Shown: positions 22,130-33,385, counted from the stretch's first letter. The stretch is 64,000 bases of DNA from Opitutales bacterium (GCA_007133065.1 SLNJ01000019.1:67502-131501); one strand, 5' to 3'. The notes: generated by a model from the sequence alone, not told the origin. A program made the numbers and translations.

Positions 22130-22953
22130 GGTGTGGGTGTGGATGGGGTCGCGAGCGAGAGGGTCCGTGACTCCCGTGCGTGCTCTGGGCACTCTCGGAC
22201 GACGGTTACGGCGCCGGCGCGCGCGTCTATTCCTTCGAGGGTGAATCGGGCCGCACCGAGGCGGAGTTGCTCGCCTTCACGGAGCGAATGGATGGCGAGC
22301 GGATCCCCGCGTTCGCGGAAGAGCGCATGCCATTGCGGGGCTCGTCGCGCTTTGCTGTCCAGCGAGATCTCCCGTCCCAGTCGTTCGTCGAGAACGGTCA
22401 GATCGATGGATTCTTCGGCATAGGGTGTGGCATGGGGGCGCGCTTCGTCCGCAACGCGGCGGCGTTCGCATCGGAACGCATGGATGCGGAACCCGTGCTC
22501 GGGGAATGCGTCGCCGACCCGTCCCGCGACGTAACCGCCCGTTTCGCGGTTTCGGATTGTGATGAGCGCGCGCTCCGGCGTGCCGGCGTAGCCTTGGAAC
22601 TGGAGCCGGTACCACGGGCGTTCGATCGCGTGGAGTTGCAGCTCAAAATCCCGAGGCGGAAGCGGGGCGCCGGGTGCGGTGATTCGGAATTCGGCCGCGG
22701 AGGCGTCAAAGTAGATTTGCGGCGGACTGAAGAGTTCAAAGACCCAATCTGCGCCGGCGCTCTGTGGGGCGGGAGGATTCCACTGCGGCGGGTTCTCGGC
22801 CGCACCGTCGAGGGCCGGCGGACGATAGGGCTTCTCGAGGGCGACGCTGGGAATCCGCAGTTCCGGCGTGCCGTGCCACAGGGCGGATCCTGCGCTGCCC
22901 AAACAGAGGATGACGCTCCCTGCCAGGATGGCGATGGCGGAGGCGGGCCTCAT
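22126..22953 (-). CDS. hypothetical membrane-anchored periplasmic protein (PilP-position; Amuc_1099-position)
   Basis: 275 aa. N-terminal hydrophobic anchor (MRPASAIAILAGSVILCLGSAG), beta-rich remainder. ATGA overlaps on both sides. Confidence 0.6.
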   Translation of the reverse strand: MRPASAIAILAGSVILCLGSAGSALWHGTPELRIPSVALEKPYRPPALDGAAENPPQWNPPAPQSAGADWVFELFSPPQIYFDASAAEFRITAPGAPLPPRDFELQLHAIERPWYRLQFQGYAGTPERALITIRNRETGGYVAGRVGDAFPEHGFRIHAFRCERRRVADEARPHATPYAEESIDLTVLDERLGREISLDSKARRAPQWHALFRERGDPLAIHSLREGEQLRLGAARFTLEGIDARAGAVTVVRECPEHARESRTLSLATPSTPTP

Positions 22954-23864
22954 GGTGCGTGGCGCGGTCCGGGATGGGGAATTGCCGGCCCGGGCGGTTC
23001 CACGGGCTCGATTGTGACCTTGAAGATCGAGGGCCGGCTGCGGACGATCGGGATCGGCCCCTGCCGGGCGGATGCGGACTCGGTGGCGAAGAGGGCAAAC
23101 GGATGCTTTGGATCGGTGCCGCCGCGACGGTCCGATTCACGCTCGGGTCTTGCGGACAGGGCGCGGATGGAAAGGGGGAGGCGGGAGTCGACGATTGCCT
23201 GGAGCCATTGCCTGAGACTTTTCGTATGCGCGGCGAACGTGACCTCGATTGCCGTCGGACCCCTGCGGTTCGAGGCAATACGGTCGCCCGGTGATCTCGT
23301 CTGCTTCGGAATCCCCTCTTTTGCGTTGCGGTGCACCCGTATGAGTTCGATCGGTTTTGCTTCGAACAGCCGGAGCATCAGCCAGTCGATCCGGCCCATC
23401 TGGCCGTAGAGTGCGTCGAGCATCGCGGGAGGCGGGACATCACCGGTCTCCAAAATGTCCGCGAACCCGAAGGCGCCGGCGCTCTCGCTCACATCGACGC
23501 CCGCCTGGAACGCCTCGTCGCGCAGCCGATCAACGAGCGTGATCACCTCGAAGTATAGATCCTCCGGAGAGCCGGTGAAGCCTGAATCCGATGCGGCGGC
23601 GATGCCGAGGCTGCGCCTGAGGGACGCGCGTTGTTCGCGAAGTGCGGCACGGTGATATTGCGCCGCATCGAGGCTTTTGGAAGTCAGTGCCGGGGCGTGC
23701 CGCAGATAATGGTTCAGCCTTTCGATTTCGCTGTGGAGCCTGTGTTGCGCGGAGCTCCGTTCATCGATCGAATGCCAGACGAAACGCCACCCGAGCGAGC
23801 CGGCGAGGAGCATCAGTAGCGTCGCCGCACAGAGCACACGCTGCTCGCGCAACAGGGCGATCAC
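22950..23864 (-). CDS. hypothetical bitopic coiled-coil protein (PilO-position; Amuc_1100-like architecture)
   Basis: 304 aa. N-terminal TM (VLCAATLLMLLAGSLGW), a coiled coil, then an alpha/beta region and a Pro-rich tail. ATGA overlaps on both sides. Confidence 0.55.
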   Translation of the reverse strand: MIALLREQRVLCAATLLMLLAGSLGWRFVWHSIDERSSAQHRLHSEIERLNHYLRHAPALTSKSLDAAQYHRAALREQRASLRRSLGIAAASDSGFTGSPEDLYFEVITLVDRLRDEAFQAGVDVSESAGAFGFADILETGDVPPPAMLDALYGQMGRIDWLMLRLFEAKPIELIRVHRNAKEGIPKQTRSPGDRIASNRRGPTAIEVTFAAHTKSLRQWLQAIVDSRLPLSIRALSARPERESDRRGGTDPKHPFALFATESASARQGPIPIVRSRPSIFKVTIEPVEPPGPAIPHPGPRHAP

Positions 23865-25444
23865 AGCGGCACCCCCGCGTCGAGTTCGAGGACGAAAGTG
23901 AACTGCAGGATTCCGTGCCGGTCGGTGTCGAATCGTCGTTCGTGAACGCGGGCGACGGAGGGGGATTGTTCGATAAGCGCGAGGAGACGGTTGACCCGGC
24001 GCTGCGTGTGGATGCTGACCCGTTCGAGCGGATTCTCACGGTCGAGCATACGTCCTTCAACCCTGAGGCGTCGGCCGCTCGGGCTCGTCGCATCCACGGT
24101 TCCTCCGGTGCGGGGCGCGTCGAATTCATCCGGGGTGTCGGTGAACGCGAGACTGTCGAGCCAAACATCCTCGATTGCGCTCATGTGGTCCTGGAGTTCG
24201 ACCAGCAGGCGTATCCAGCTGTGGCGCACCTCCATCAGGTGCTGCAGGCCGGCGATGTCGGACTTCAGGGATTCGATCTCGCCGAGGGTGCGATCGATTT
24301 CAGGTTTGAGTGCAGCAAGTGGTTCCGCCCGGGCTTGCGCCTCGCGCACGCCTCCCTCGAGGTGCGCGAGGATCTGTTGGCCGCGCCAGGCCGGAAGCAC
24401 TGCGGCAAGCGCGCAGAGCGTTGCCGCACCGAGCAGGATCCGCGCTGTTTGGCTCCGGCGCATGCGCCCGGACAATTCCGCCGGCGTCAGATCGATTGCA
24501 ATCGAATCATCGAGCAGCGCGGCTGCCGCATGTCCGATCATCGCACCCGGCAACGGCCCGCATTCGGCCAGGTGGTCGCGGTCGAGATGCGCTCCGCAAT
24601 CGATCCGCCGCAGGGGGTCGAATTGCTCGACCGGGAGCCGGATGCGCGTTTCGAGTGACTCCACGAGTGCGGGACAGACCGTTCCCGGGAGGTCGGTGAT
24701 GATTCGCTCGGGCCGCAGTTCCGCGTGGAGGCGCCGGTTGGCGGCAACGGAGTGCTCGACTTGCCGGGTCAGGCTTTCGACGTACTCATCAGGCGGTTCC
24801 GGCGTTGCATGGCCGCGGCCGAACGGAAGCGTCCGGGTGAGAAATCGGTTGCCTGCGATCCATATCAAATGCGTATTCCGGGTCTCCGCGATGACCAGGA
24901 GCGCCGGCCCCTCCGCGTCCGGATAGTTGAATCGATACGCATTGCAGTAGAGGGGAAGGGTGACCGCGGTTGTTTGGGGGCGAAAGCGTCGTTGCGCGCA
25001 GCGGCTCCAGGCCTGTGATATTGCTGTGCGCTCGACTGCGAATACGACGGTATCGAGATCGATACCGTCGTCCGATACAACGTGGTAGTCCCAGTAGCAT
25101 TCCTCGAGGGAGTGCCTCAAGAGGCGTTCGGCTTCATACCGCACCCCTTCGGTTTGCCGTGACGGATCAACAATGGGCGTGGAAACCCGTGCCGTGTCAA
25201 CCTGGCAATCGGCTACGATGAGCGCGCGATCGGTAGCACCGAAGCAGGGATTCCTCCGCGTGAGCCGGCTCACGATCGCTGCCGGATCCGGCGTTAGCGC
25301 CGCCTGATCGCCGGAGTCGACCGGGAACGAACCGGAGGCCTCGAACGCGTCCAGGCGGATTCTGTCGGCGGTGCACCGATGAACCGCGGCGCCCACAAAG
25401 CCTCCCGCCCAGCAGCCGAGAATCAGCATCCTCCCCCTCGTCAT
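23861..25444 (-). CDS. PilM-like actin-fold protein fused to a PilN-like TM/coiled-coil module
   Basis: 527 aa. The first ~330 aa have a PilM/FtsA-like layout. Then a TM helix (ARILLGAATLCALAAVLPAW), a coiled coil (LGEIESLKSDIAGLQHLM) and a PilN-like C-terminal domain. ATGA overlaps on both sides. Confidence 0.6.
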   Translation of the reverse strand: MTRGRMLILGCWAGGFVGAAVHRCTADRIRLDAFEASGSFPVDSGDQAALTPDPAAIVSRLTRRNPCFGATDRALIVADCQVDTARVSTPIVDPSRQTEGVRYEAERLLRHSLEECYWDYHVVSDDGIDLDTVVFAVERTAISQAWSRCAQRRFRPQTTAVTLPLYCNAYRFNYPDAEGPALLVIAETRNTHLIWIAGNRFLTRTLPFGRGHATPEPPDEYVESLTRQVEHSVAANRRLHAELRPERIITDLPGTVCPALVESLETRIRLPVEQFDPLRRIDCGAHLDRDHLAECGPLPGAMIGHAAAALLDDSIAIDLTPAELSGRMRRSQTARILLGAATLCALAAVLPAWRGQQILAHLEGGVREAQARAEPLAALKPEIDRTLGEIESLKSDIAGLQHLMEVRHSWIRLLVELQDHMSAIEDVWLDSLAFTDTPDEFDAPRTGGTVDATSPSGRRLRVEGRMLDRENPLERVSIHTQRRVNRLLALIEQSPSVARVHERRFDTDRHGILQFTFVLELDAGVPL

Positions 25445-26106
25445 GGCTCGGGCTCGATAGGATTGCGCGGCGATCGATTCTCCCGGGTGGTCGCGCGGCG
25501 ATAGGTCGGCGTGGAGTCAAACTCGCCGTGCCGTACGGTTGAGAAGAAGGGAGTATGGTAGATCGGGAGCAATAGTCCGTCCGTCCCGGCAGCCTTTTGG
25601 TCCACGTGTTTCCGGAATCGCACGAGCCGATCGCGGTCGGTGAGGGCACCGGCTGCGTGTTCCCGTCGAAACGGGAGCGGTCGCCCGCCGACTTCGATCT
25701 CGACCAGAGCAGCGAACGGCGTCGCGGTGAGCCGGTCGCGCTTGACGATTTCAGGGGGCAGAAAAAAGGGAACCGCAATGGTTCGCCGATCCTCGACCGC
25801 GACGAGATCGACCGCGCTCCGGTAGAAGTCCGGCTCACTGTCCGTCGCCCGGCCCGCGCGCGTCGCCAGACTCAATTGCACCCGCACGGCTTCGTTGAAA
25901 CGCGGATGTCGTGCCTCCGGATCCCGGTTCGGTCCCCCGTGCAGTAGCACGCGGATCTGCAGCCAAGGATCCGCCCCGCCCGCCACCGTAGCGTGTCGGA
26001 ACTCTAGTCCGCGCACGACGACAGGATCGCGGTTCGCGTGTGCGCTTTCCCAGGGAATCGCCTGAACCACGGTCAGCAACGCCAGGAGGAGTTTTAACCC
26101 ATTCAT
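25441..26106 (-). CDS. hypothetical secreted protein, first gene of the secretin operon (Amuc_1102-position)
   Basis: 221 aa. Signal peptide MNGLKLLLALLTVVQAIPWESAHA. AT-rich promoter-like gap upstream (26107-26214). Confidence 0.6.
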   Translation of the reverse strand: MNGLKLLLALLTVVQAIPWESAHANRDPVVVRGLEFRHATVAGGADPWLQIRVLLHGGPNRDPEARHPRFNEAVRVQLSLATRAGRATDSEPDFYRSAVDLVAVEDRRTIAVPFFLPPEIVKRDRLTATPFAALVEIEVGGRPLPFRREHAAGALTDRDRLVRFRKHVDQKAAGTDGLLLPIYHTPFFSTVRHGEFDSTPTYRRATTRENRSPRNPIEPEP

Positions 26107-26214
26107 TCGGAAGTGAATCCTGGCGGAGGATTCGGGGTCCTGTAAAGATAATAATTTGTAAAAATTAAAACCTATCGACCATGTATTCCGCCGGAAGGTG
26201 CCATGTCCGCTTGA

Positions 26215-27651
26215 CTACTGGATCGGGGAGAAAAGGCGGGCGATGCGCACGGCGAGGCGGAACCAGACCGGGCGTCTGCGGTATTCATCGACCCCGACTG
26301 GGCGGGCGCTTTCGAAGTCCTTTATCAACATGGCTTCGACCTCGCGGACGAAGCGTGGATGCGAGAAGAGAAGCGTGAGTTCGAAGTTGATTCGAAACGA
26401 ACGGTTGTCGAGATTGGCGGTGCCGACGCTGGCGAGTCGGTCGTCGATGAGCATGACTTTCTGGTGCAGAAACCCCGGTTGATAGCGGTAAAACTTCACG
26501 CCGGCCCGTATGGCGGATTCAAAATAGGAGAAGGCGGAGAGATAGACGAGGATATGGTCCGGCTTCGACGGAAGGAGGATGCGCACATCGACATCGCGCA
26601 GGGCGGCGCAGATGAGGGCGGATTCGACCGCCTCGTCGGGGACGAAATACGGGCTCGTGATCCAGAGCCGATTGCGGGCGGTGTTGATGGCATGGACGAA
26701 GAAGAGGCCGCAGGTGTCCAGTTCATCGGATGGGCCGGTGGGAACCACCAGGATGTCGTTTGCGGCCTCCGGCAGGGGCCTGGGGGTCCAGTCAAGGGTT
26801 GGAACCCGACCTGTTGCCCAGTACCAATCCTCCAGGAAGCTGAGCTGAATCGCCTGCACGGACGGGCCGCGAACGGCGACATGGGTGTCGCGCCAATGCC
26901 CGAATTTCCGGCTCTCTCCGAGGTACTCGCGTCCCACGTTGTGCCCCCCGACGTACGCGACGCGGCCGTCGGCGATGACAATCTTGCGGTGATTGCGGAA
27001 GTTGAGCTGAAACCGATGGGCCCGGCCCTTGGTGGCTTTGAAACCGCTCACTTCGACGCCGCTGCGGCGCAATGTTTCGAGATAGCGAGCCGGAAGTTTG
27101 CGGCTTCCGATGCCGTCGTAGAGGAAGTAGACACGGACCCCGGCACGGGCGCGGGCCGCCAGACATTCCCGCAACCGGTGTCCGACCGCGTCGTCTTTGA
27201 TTGTGAAAAACTGTACGAGCAGATAATCGTGTGCCTCCTCGATCCCTGCGAATATTGCGTCAAACGTCGCCTTCCCGTCGACCAGGAGATCGGCCTGATT
27301 TCCGGTGCTGAAGGGCATCTGAGCGAGCTTCGAGAACGAGCGAAGGTCGGGGTGGTCGATGTCCGCCAGCACCGATTGCGCGGCGGCGCGTTGGTGCAGA
27401 TCCCGTGCGATGTGGTGGATCTCCAGGTTCCCGCTCCTGCGCGCGGCGACGTGCCCGTGGAAGCGATGGCTCCCGAATATCCAGTAGAGCGGGAGAGCGA
27501 GCCACGGGAAGAAGAGGAGAGAAAGCGTCCATGCAATGACCCCCTGCGTGTTCCGCCCTTTCATAATGACGTGCACACACGAGCCGATCGCGAGAAGTTC
27601 AACAACCAGATACGCGACACTGTAGATCCAGAATATATTGTCGATCGACAT
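26215..27651 (-). CDS. cls: cardiolipin synthase (PLD superfamily)
   Basis: 478 aa. Two N-terminal TM helices and two HKD motifs (HRKIVIADGRVAYVGGHNVG; LHQKVMLIDDRLASVGTANLDNRS). Confidence 0.9.
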   Translation of the reverse strand: MSIDNIFWIYSVAYLVVELLAIGSCVHVIMKGRNTQGVIAWTLSLLFFPWLALPLYWIFGSHRFHGHVAARRSGNLEIHHIARDLHQRAAAQSVLADIDHPDLRSFSKLAQMPFSTGNQADLLVDGKATFDAIFAGIEEAHDYLLVQFFTIKDDAVGHRLRECLAARARAGVRVYFLYDGIGSRKLPARYLETLRRSGVEVSGFKATKGRAHRFQLNFRNHRKIVIADGRVAYVGGHNVGREYLGESRKFGHWRDTHVAVRGPSVQAIQLSFLEDWYWATGRVPTLDWTPRPLPEAANDILVVPTGPSDELDTCGLFFVHAINTARNRLWITSPYFVPDEAVESALICAALRDVDVRILLPSKPDHILVYLSAFSYFESAIRAGVKFYRYQPGFLHQKVMLIDDRLASVGTANLDNRSFRINFELTLLFSHPRFVREVEAMLIKDFESARPVGVDEYRRRPVWFRLAVRIARLFSPIQ

Positions 27652-27812
27652 GATCCTCGGTGCGAACGTCCGTCACGGTGGCGGACAAGGCCCGGGAGAC
27701 TTGATCGGAGTCCGAAGGGGGCTGTCAAGTACGCTTGGCCTCGGTTCGGGGCCGGTCGGGTTGAGCGCGATCGGGCCCGGATGGCTGGAAGCGTGATCTT
27801 GCAGTCGTTCCG

Positions 27813-28496
27813 TTAGTTCAACGCGATGTCGTCTTCATCCAAACCGTCTTCCAGTTCGCGCATCAGAGAATCCTCGGCGTTGCATTGAAGCAACCAGTCC
27901 TTCAGGGTGCGCAACCGCTGGGCGGTATTCAGAATCTCAAGCAAACTCTGTTTGATCGGGGTGTCGCCACAGAGTGAATACGCGGTGAGGTCGATGTATA
28001 CGTCCGGGTCGTCGATGCTCCGAAGGAACTGAAGGAAAGAGTCCGGTACGTCGGGATCGTCCTGTATCCGATCATGAATGAGATCGTCGAGATCGTTCCG
28101 GAGACGGTCGAGTTCATCCGTTTTGCCGCCCGGCACGGAGACGAGGGGTGTAACGGCACTCTTCCGGTAGGGTTGTTCGTCGAGGATACTGTTGAGGCTG
28201 ACGCGTGTCAGTCCCTGAAGGGCAAGGTTGTACGTACCATCAGGATTGTGGTGACAGATCCGGATCAGGCCGAGCGTGGCGGTCGGGAAGGGAGGCTCGA
28301 ACTGGCCGGTCGATTGTGCCGTATCCTCGTCGAGCGCAGCCACGGCGAAAATCCGGTTGGACGCAAGCACGTCCCGCACCAAGGCCTGGTAGCGCGGCTC
28401 GAAGATGTGCAGCGGCATGATCGCCTGCGGAAAGAGCACGGCGTGCGGCAGGGTCATGACCGGTACCTCGCCGGGCACTTGAATTTCAACTTGCAT
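27813..28496 (-). CDS. LON N-terminal (substrate-binding) domain protein
   Basis: Internal ATG 28496. LPHAVLFPQAIMPLHIFEPRYQALV...RIFAVA...ATLGLIR. No AAA+ or protease domain. Confidence 0.8.
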   Translation of the reverse strand: MQVEIQVPGEVPVMTLPHAVLFPQAIMPLHIFEPRYQALVRDVLASNRIFAVAALDEDTAQSTGQFEPPFPTATLGLIRICHHNPDGTYNLALQGLTRVSLNSILDEQPYRKSAVTPLVSVPGGKTDELDRLRNDLDDLIHDRIQDDPDVPDSFLQFLRSIDDPDVYIDLTAYSLCGDTPIKQSLLEILNTAQRLRTLKDWLLQCNAEDSLMRELEDGLDEDDIALN

Positions 28497-28749
28497 GGCT
28501 ATCAGTTTAGCGCGGTCGCGCGGATTTGCAATGAGCAAACAGAGACCGGGCTCTGTGGAGCCACGGTATTTCTATTTGGACGGATCTGTTGGCGCATTCA
28601 TGCGGTCCCGCCTGAGTTCCACCGCGATTCAAATCCCGGCTGCAGCCGGGAGTGGTGCAACAGGGCACACGCCCCACTGAAACGCAAACAAAAATACCGT
28701 GTGCAGGGTGCTCGCCGGTTGTCCGACCGCGGCCGGTGTGCCCTCCGGG

Positions 28750-29055
28750 TCAATCCTGCCAGGCCGAGGGGTGGAGTTTGGCCCGGTCCGGATCGCTCGT
28801 TTCCGCGACGTACACCGCCAGGCGGAAGGCGAAGAGCCGATCGCGCGGAGTCTTCGGCTTGCGGGAACACGTTTCGGCGTACAGCGCATCCGGGGCGCGT
28901 CCCCGAAGATGGTCGACCTCCGAGAATCCGAGATCGATCAAGTCGCGCACCGTGGCAAGGTCGAGGCCGGGTATCCGGTTGAGCGGGGACATCAGCGCCT
29001 CGACATCGACTTTCTTCTTTCGCTTTTGCAGCGACGGCGGCGGTGCATCAAACAT
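28750..29055 (-). CDS. small helix-hairpin-helix protein (Cdd1/'pathogenicity locus'-like)
   Basis: Internal ATG 29055. LNRIPGLDLATVRDLIDLGFSEVDHLRGRAPDALY... then DRLFAFRLAVYVAE. Assigned from memory of the family pattern. Confidence 0.5.
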   Translation of the reverse strand: MFDAPPPSLQKRKKKVDVEALMSPLNRIPGLDLATVRDLIDLGFSEVDHLRGRAPDALYAETCSRKPKTPRDRLFAFRLAVYVAETSDPDRAKLHPSAWQD

Positions 29056-29141
29056 GGAATCGAAAAATAGGATCGGGTGGCGGCATGGCAACGGAAATCC
29101 CGGGTGCCCAGGTGTGACAGAAGCCCTGGATTTGGCCGGGA

Positions 29142-29162
29142 GTGAGACACGATGTGAGACAC
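29142..29162. promoter_or_regulatory. tandem direct repeat GTGAGACAC-N3-GTGAGACAC in the divergent dnaK / HhH promoter region
   Basis: Copies at 29142-29150 and 29154-29162 are identical. A related GTGTGACAG lies at 29112-29120. About 125-145 nt upstream of the dnaK ATG. Confidence 0.3.
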
Positions 29163-29285
29163 TCTGTCTTTGATGGGCGCATGCCGCTGGGGTTTTGGCA
29201 CTGGCGGTTATTGCAGAAGATGCCTATGATCAACGGATTAAGACAAAAAAATAACATTGGTACGGGCATTGCTGAAGGAGATGGT

Positions 29286-31238
29286 ATGGCAAAGATTTTA
29301 GGTATTGATCTAGGGACGACGAATTCCTGCATGGCTGTCATGGAAGGCGGTGAATCGACGGTGATCCCCAATTCGGAAGGGGGTCGTACGACTCCGTCGA
29401 TCGTCGCTTTTACGAAGAACGGCGAGCGCCTCGTGGGGCAGGCTGCGAAGCGGCAGGCCGTCACGAACCCCCAGAACACCGTATTCTCGACAAAGCGTCT
29501 GATCGGACGCAAGTTTTCGGAGGTCGAAGAGGAGGCCAAGAGCCTCCCTTTCACGGTGCTCGAGGGCAAGAACAATGATGCGGCAATCGAGGTGGATGTT
29601 GGCGGCAAAAAGGAACAATTCACGCCGCAACAGATTTCCGCCATGATTCTCGGGAAGCTGAAGGCCGATGCCGAGGCCTATCTTGGTGAGAAGATCGGGC
29701 AGGCGGTCATCACGGTTCCGGCCTATTTCAATGATGCACAGCGCCAGGCGACGAAGGATGCCGGTACGATTGCGGGGCTCGAGGTCTTGCGCATCATCAA
29801 CGAGCCGACCGCCGCATCGCTGGCATACGGCCTCGACAAGAAGAGCGATGAGACCATCGCTGTTTACGACCTCGGGGGGGGGACGTTCGACATCTCGATC
29901 CTCGAAATCGGCGACGGGGTTTTCGAGGTCAAGGCAACCCACGGCGACACGCATCTCGGAGGTGACAACTGGGATTCCGCCATCATCGATTGGCTGGTTT
30001 CCGAGTTCAAGAAAGACAGCGGAATCAATTTGCGCGAGGACAAGATGGCGCTCCAGCGCCTCAAGGAAGAGGCGGAGAAAGCCAAGGTCGCCCTCAGTTC
30101 GGCCCAGTCGACCGAGATCAACCTGCCGTTTATCACCGCCGATGCCTCCGGTCCGAAGCACCTGAACGTCAGTCTGAACCGCTCGAAGCTGGAGCAGTTG
30201 ACCGACCACCTCGCCCAGCGTACCGTGGAGCCGTTCAAGGCGTGCCTGAAGGATGCGGGGATCGACTCCGGGCAGATCAATGAACTGGTGCTTGTCGGCG
30301 GCATGACCCGCATGCCGAAAATCAATGAAATCGCCCGCGATCTGGCCGGGAAGGAACCACACAAGGGGGTGAATCCCGACGAAGTCGTGGCGACCGGCGC
30401 GGCGATCCAAGGATCCGTCCTGCAGGGCGATACCCGCGACGTGCTGTTGCTCGACGTGACGCCGCTTACCCTAGCCATCGAAACCGCGGGCGGGGTCGCG
30501 ACGGCCATGATCGAGCGCAACACCACGATCCCGACGAAGAAATCACAGACTTTCTCCACCTACAGCGACAACCAGACCGCAGTCGACGTCCGCGTTCTCC
30601 AGGGCGAACGCCCGATGGCGAAGGACAATAAGCTCCTGGGGAATTTCCGGCTCGACGGGATTCCACCCGCACCGCGGGGTACACCCCAGATCGAGGTGAC
30701 CTTCGACATCGACGCGAACGGAATCCTTCACGTGACCGCGAAGGACATGGGGACCGGAAAGGACCAGAAGATCACGATCACCTCTTCATCCGGACTGGAT
30801 AAGGAGGAGGTCGAGCGGCTCCGCAAAGAAGCGGAACAGCACGCCGAGGAAGACCGCAAAAAGCGCGAACTCGTGGAGGAGAAGAACAAGCTCGACACGG
30901 CCGTCTACAGCGTCGAGAAGCTCCTCAAGGAGAGCGCCGACAAGATTCCGGCCGACAAGAAGCCGGCGCTCGAAAAACTGGTCAGCGATGGCAAGGCTGC
31001 GTTTGAGTCCGAGGATGCCGACCAGGTTAAACAGGCGCTCGACGCCATCAACAACTCCAGCGAAATGCAGGAGGTTGTGCAGGCGATGTATGCCGAGAGT
31101 GGTGCCGGTGGAGCGACCGCGGAGTCTGGTGCCCCGGGTTCGGGTTCCGGTGACGGTGAGGCCTCCGGGAAGCCGAACGACGATAACGTGGTGGACGCGG
31201 AAGTCGAAGAAGATGCCGCGGACAGGAAGGACAAATAA
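29286..31238 (+). CDS. dnaK: molecular chaperone DnaK (Hsp70)
   Basis: [22 protein letters not shown]..., [25 protein letters not shown] upstream of ATG 29286. Confidence 0.97.
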   Translation: MAKILGIDLGTTNSCMAVMEGGESTVIPNSEGGRTTPSIVAFTKNGERLVGQAAKRQAVTNPQNTVFSTKRLIGRKFSEVEEEAKSLPFTVLEGKNNDAAIEVDVGGKKEQFTPQQISAMILGKLKADAEAYLGEKIGQAVITVPAYFNDAQRQATKDAGTIAGLEVLRIINEPTAASLAYGLDKKSDETIAVYDLGGGTFDISILEIGDGVFEVKATHGDTHLGGDNWDSAIIDWLVSEFKKDSGINLREDKMALQRLKEEAEKAKVALSSAQSTEINLPFITADASGPKHLNVSLNRSKLEQLTDHLAQRTVEPFKACLKDAGIDSGQINELVLVGGMTRMPKINEIARDLAGKEPHKGVNPDEVVATGAAIQGSVLQGDTRDVLLLDVTPLTLAIETAGGVATAMIERNTTIPTKKSQTFSTYSDNQTAVDVRVLQGERPMAKDNKLLGNFRLDGIPPAPRGTPQIEVTFDIDANGILHVTAKDMGTGKDQKITITSSSGLDKEEVERLRKEAEQHAEEDRKKRELVEEKNKLDTAVYSVEKLLKESADKIPADKKPALEKLVSDGKAAFESEDADQVKQALDAINNSSEMQEVVQAMYAESGAGGATAESGAPGSGSGDGEASGKPNDDNVVDAEVEEDAADRKDK

Positions 31239-31251
31239 CTCTCAACAATTT

Positions 31252-31289
31252 GCGACCGAACCATGCAGTGTGGTCCGGTCGCTTGGTTT
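31252..31289 (+). terminator. rho-independent terminator after dnaK
   Basis: GCGACCGAACCA, loop tgcagtg, TGGTCCGGTCGC (12-bp stem with 1 mismatch), followed by TTGGTTT. Confidence 0.65.
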
Positions 31290-31322
31290 CAGGTAATGAA
31301 ACTCTAACAACACGCAGAAAAT

Positions 31323-31622
31323 ATGGCAAAAAAAGTGAACATCAAGCCCCTCGGAGACCGCGTATTGGTGAAAGCCATCGAGTCGAGTGAGGAAGTCAAG
31401 GGCGGGATCATCATTCCCGATACCGCCAAGGAGAAACCAACCGAGGCCGAAGTCATCGCGCTCGGTACCGGCCGTAAGAATGACGACGGCTCCACACGAC
31501 CGTTCGAGGTCAAGGTGGGCGATCGTGTCATCACCAGCAAGTACGGCGGAACCGAGGTCAAGCTCGATACCACGACCTACCAGTTGTTGCGCGAGGATGA
31601 CATCCTCGGGATCATCTCCTGA
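31323..31622 (+). CDS. groES: co-chaperonin GroES
   Basis: 99 aa. [11 protein letters not shown]...[13 protein letters not shown]...KYGGTEVK. Confidence 0.97.
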   Translation: MAKKVNIKPLGDRVLVKAIESSEEVKGGIIIPDTAKEKPTEAEVIALGTGRKNDDGSTRPFEVKVGDRVITSKYGGTEVKLDTTTYQLLREDDILGIIS

Positions 31623-31655
31623 AACGCATACGAATCAGCTCACAAGCTTAATTAA

Positions 31656-33335
<1,680 letters not shown>

Positions 33336-33385
33336 GCGCCCCGCTGTTCCACAACAACAGCCCGTTGGAAAATTCCAATCAAACG

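Noticed and set aside
22180-24658. Long + strand ORFs (22180..23409 and 23642..24658) opposite the secretin operon
   Set aside because: Arg/Gly/Ala-rich. The minus-strand set is supported by signal/TM features and by four consecutive ATGA start-stop overlaps.
28590-28680. tRNA/tmRNA-like string (GATTCAAATCCCGG ... GGTGCA) and the CCCGGCTGCAGCCGGG palindrome in the gap between the LON-domain and HhH genes
   Set aside because: I could not fold a cloverleaf on either strand: the T-stem halves are not complementary, and there is no acceptor stem or CCA context. The palindrome alone is a simple 6-bp hairpin. Worth a tRNAscan/ARAGORN run, but not callable by eye.
29196-29215. Sigma54-like TGGCAC...TTGCA upstream of dnaK
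   Set aside because: The GG-to-GC spacing is 14 nt (or 8 nt using the second GGC) instead of the canonical 10 nt.
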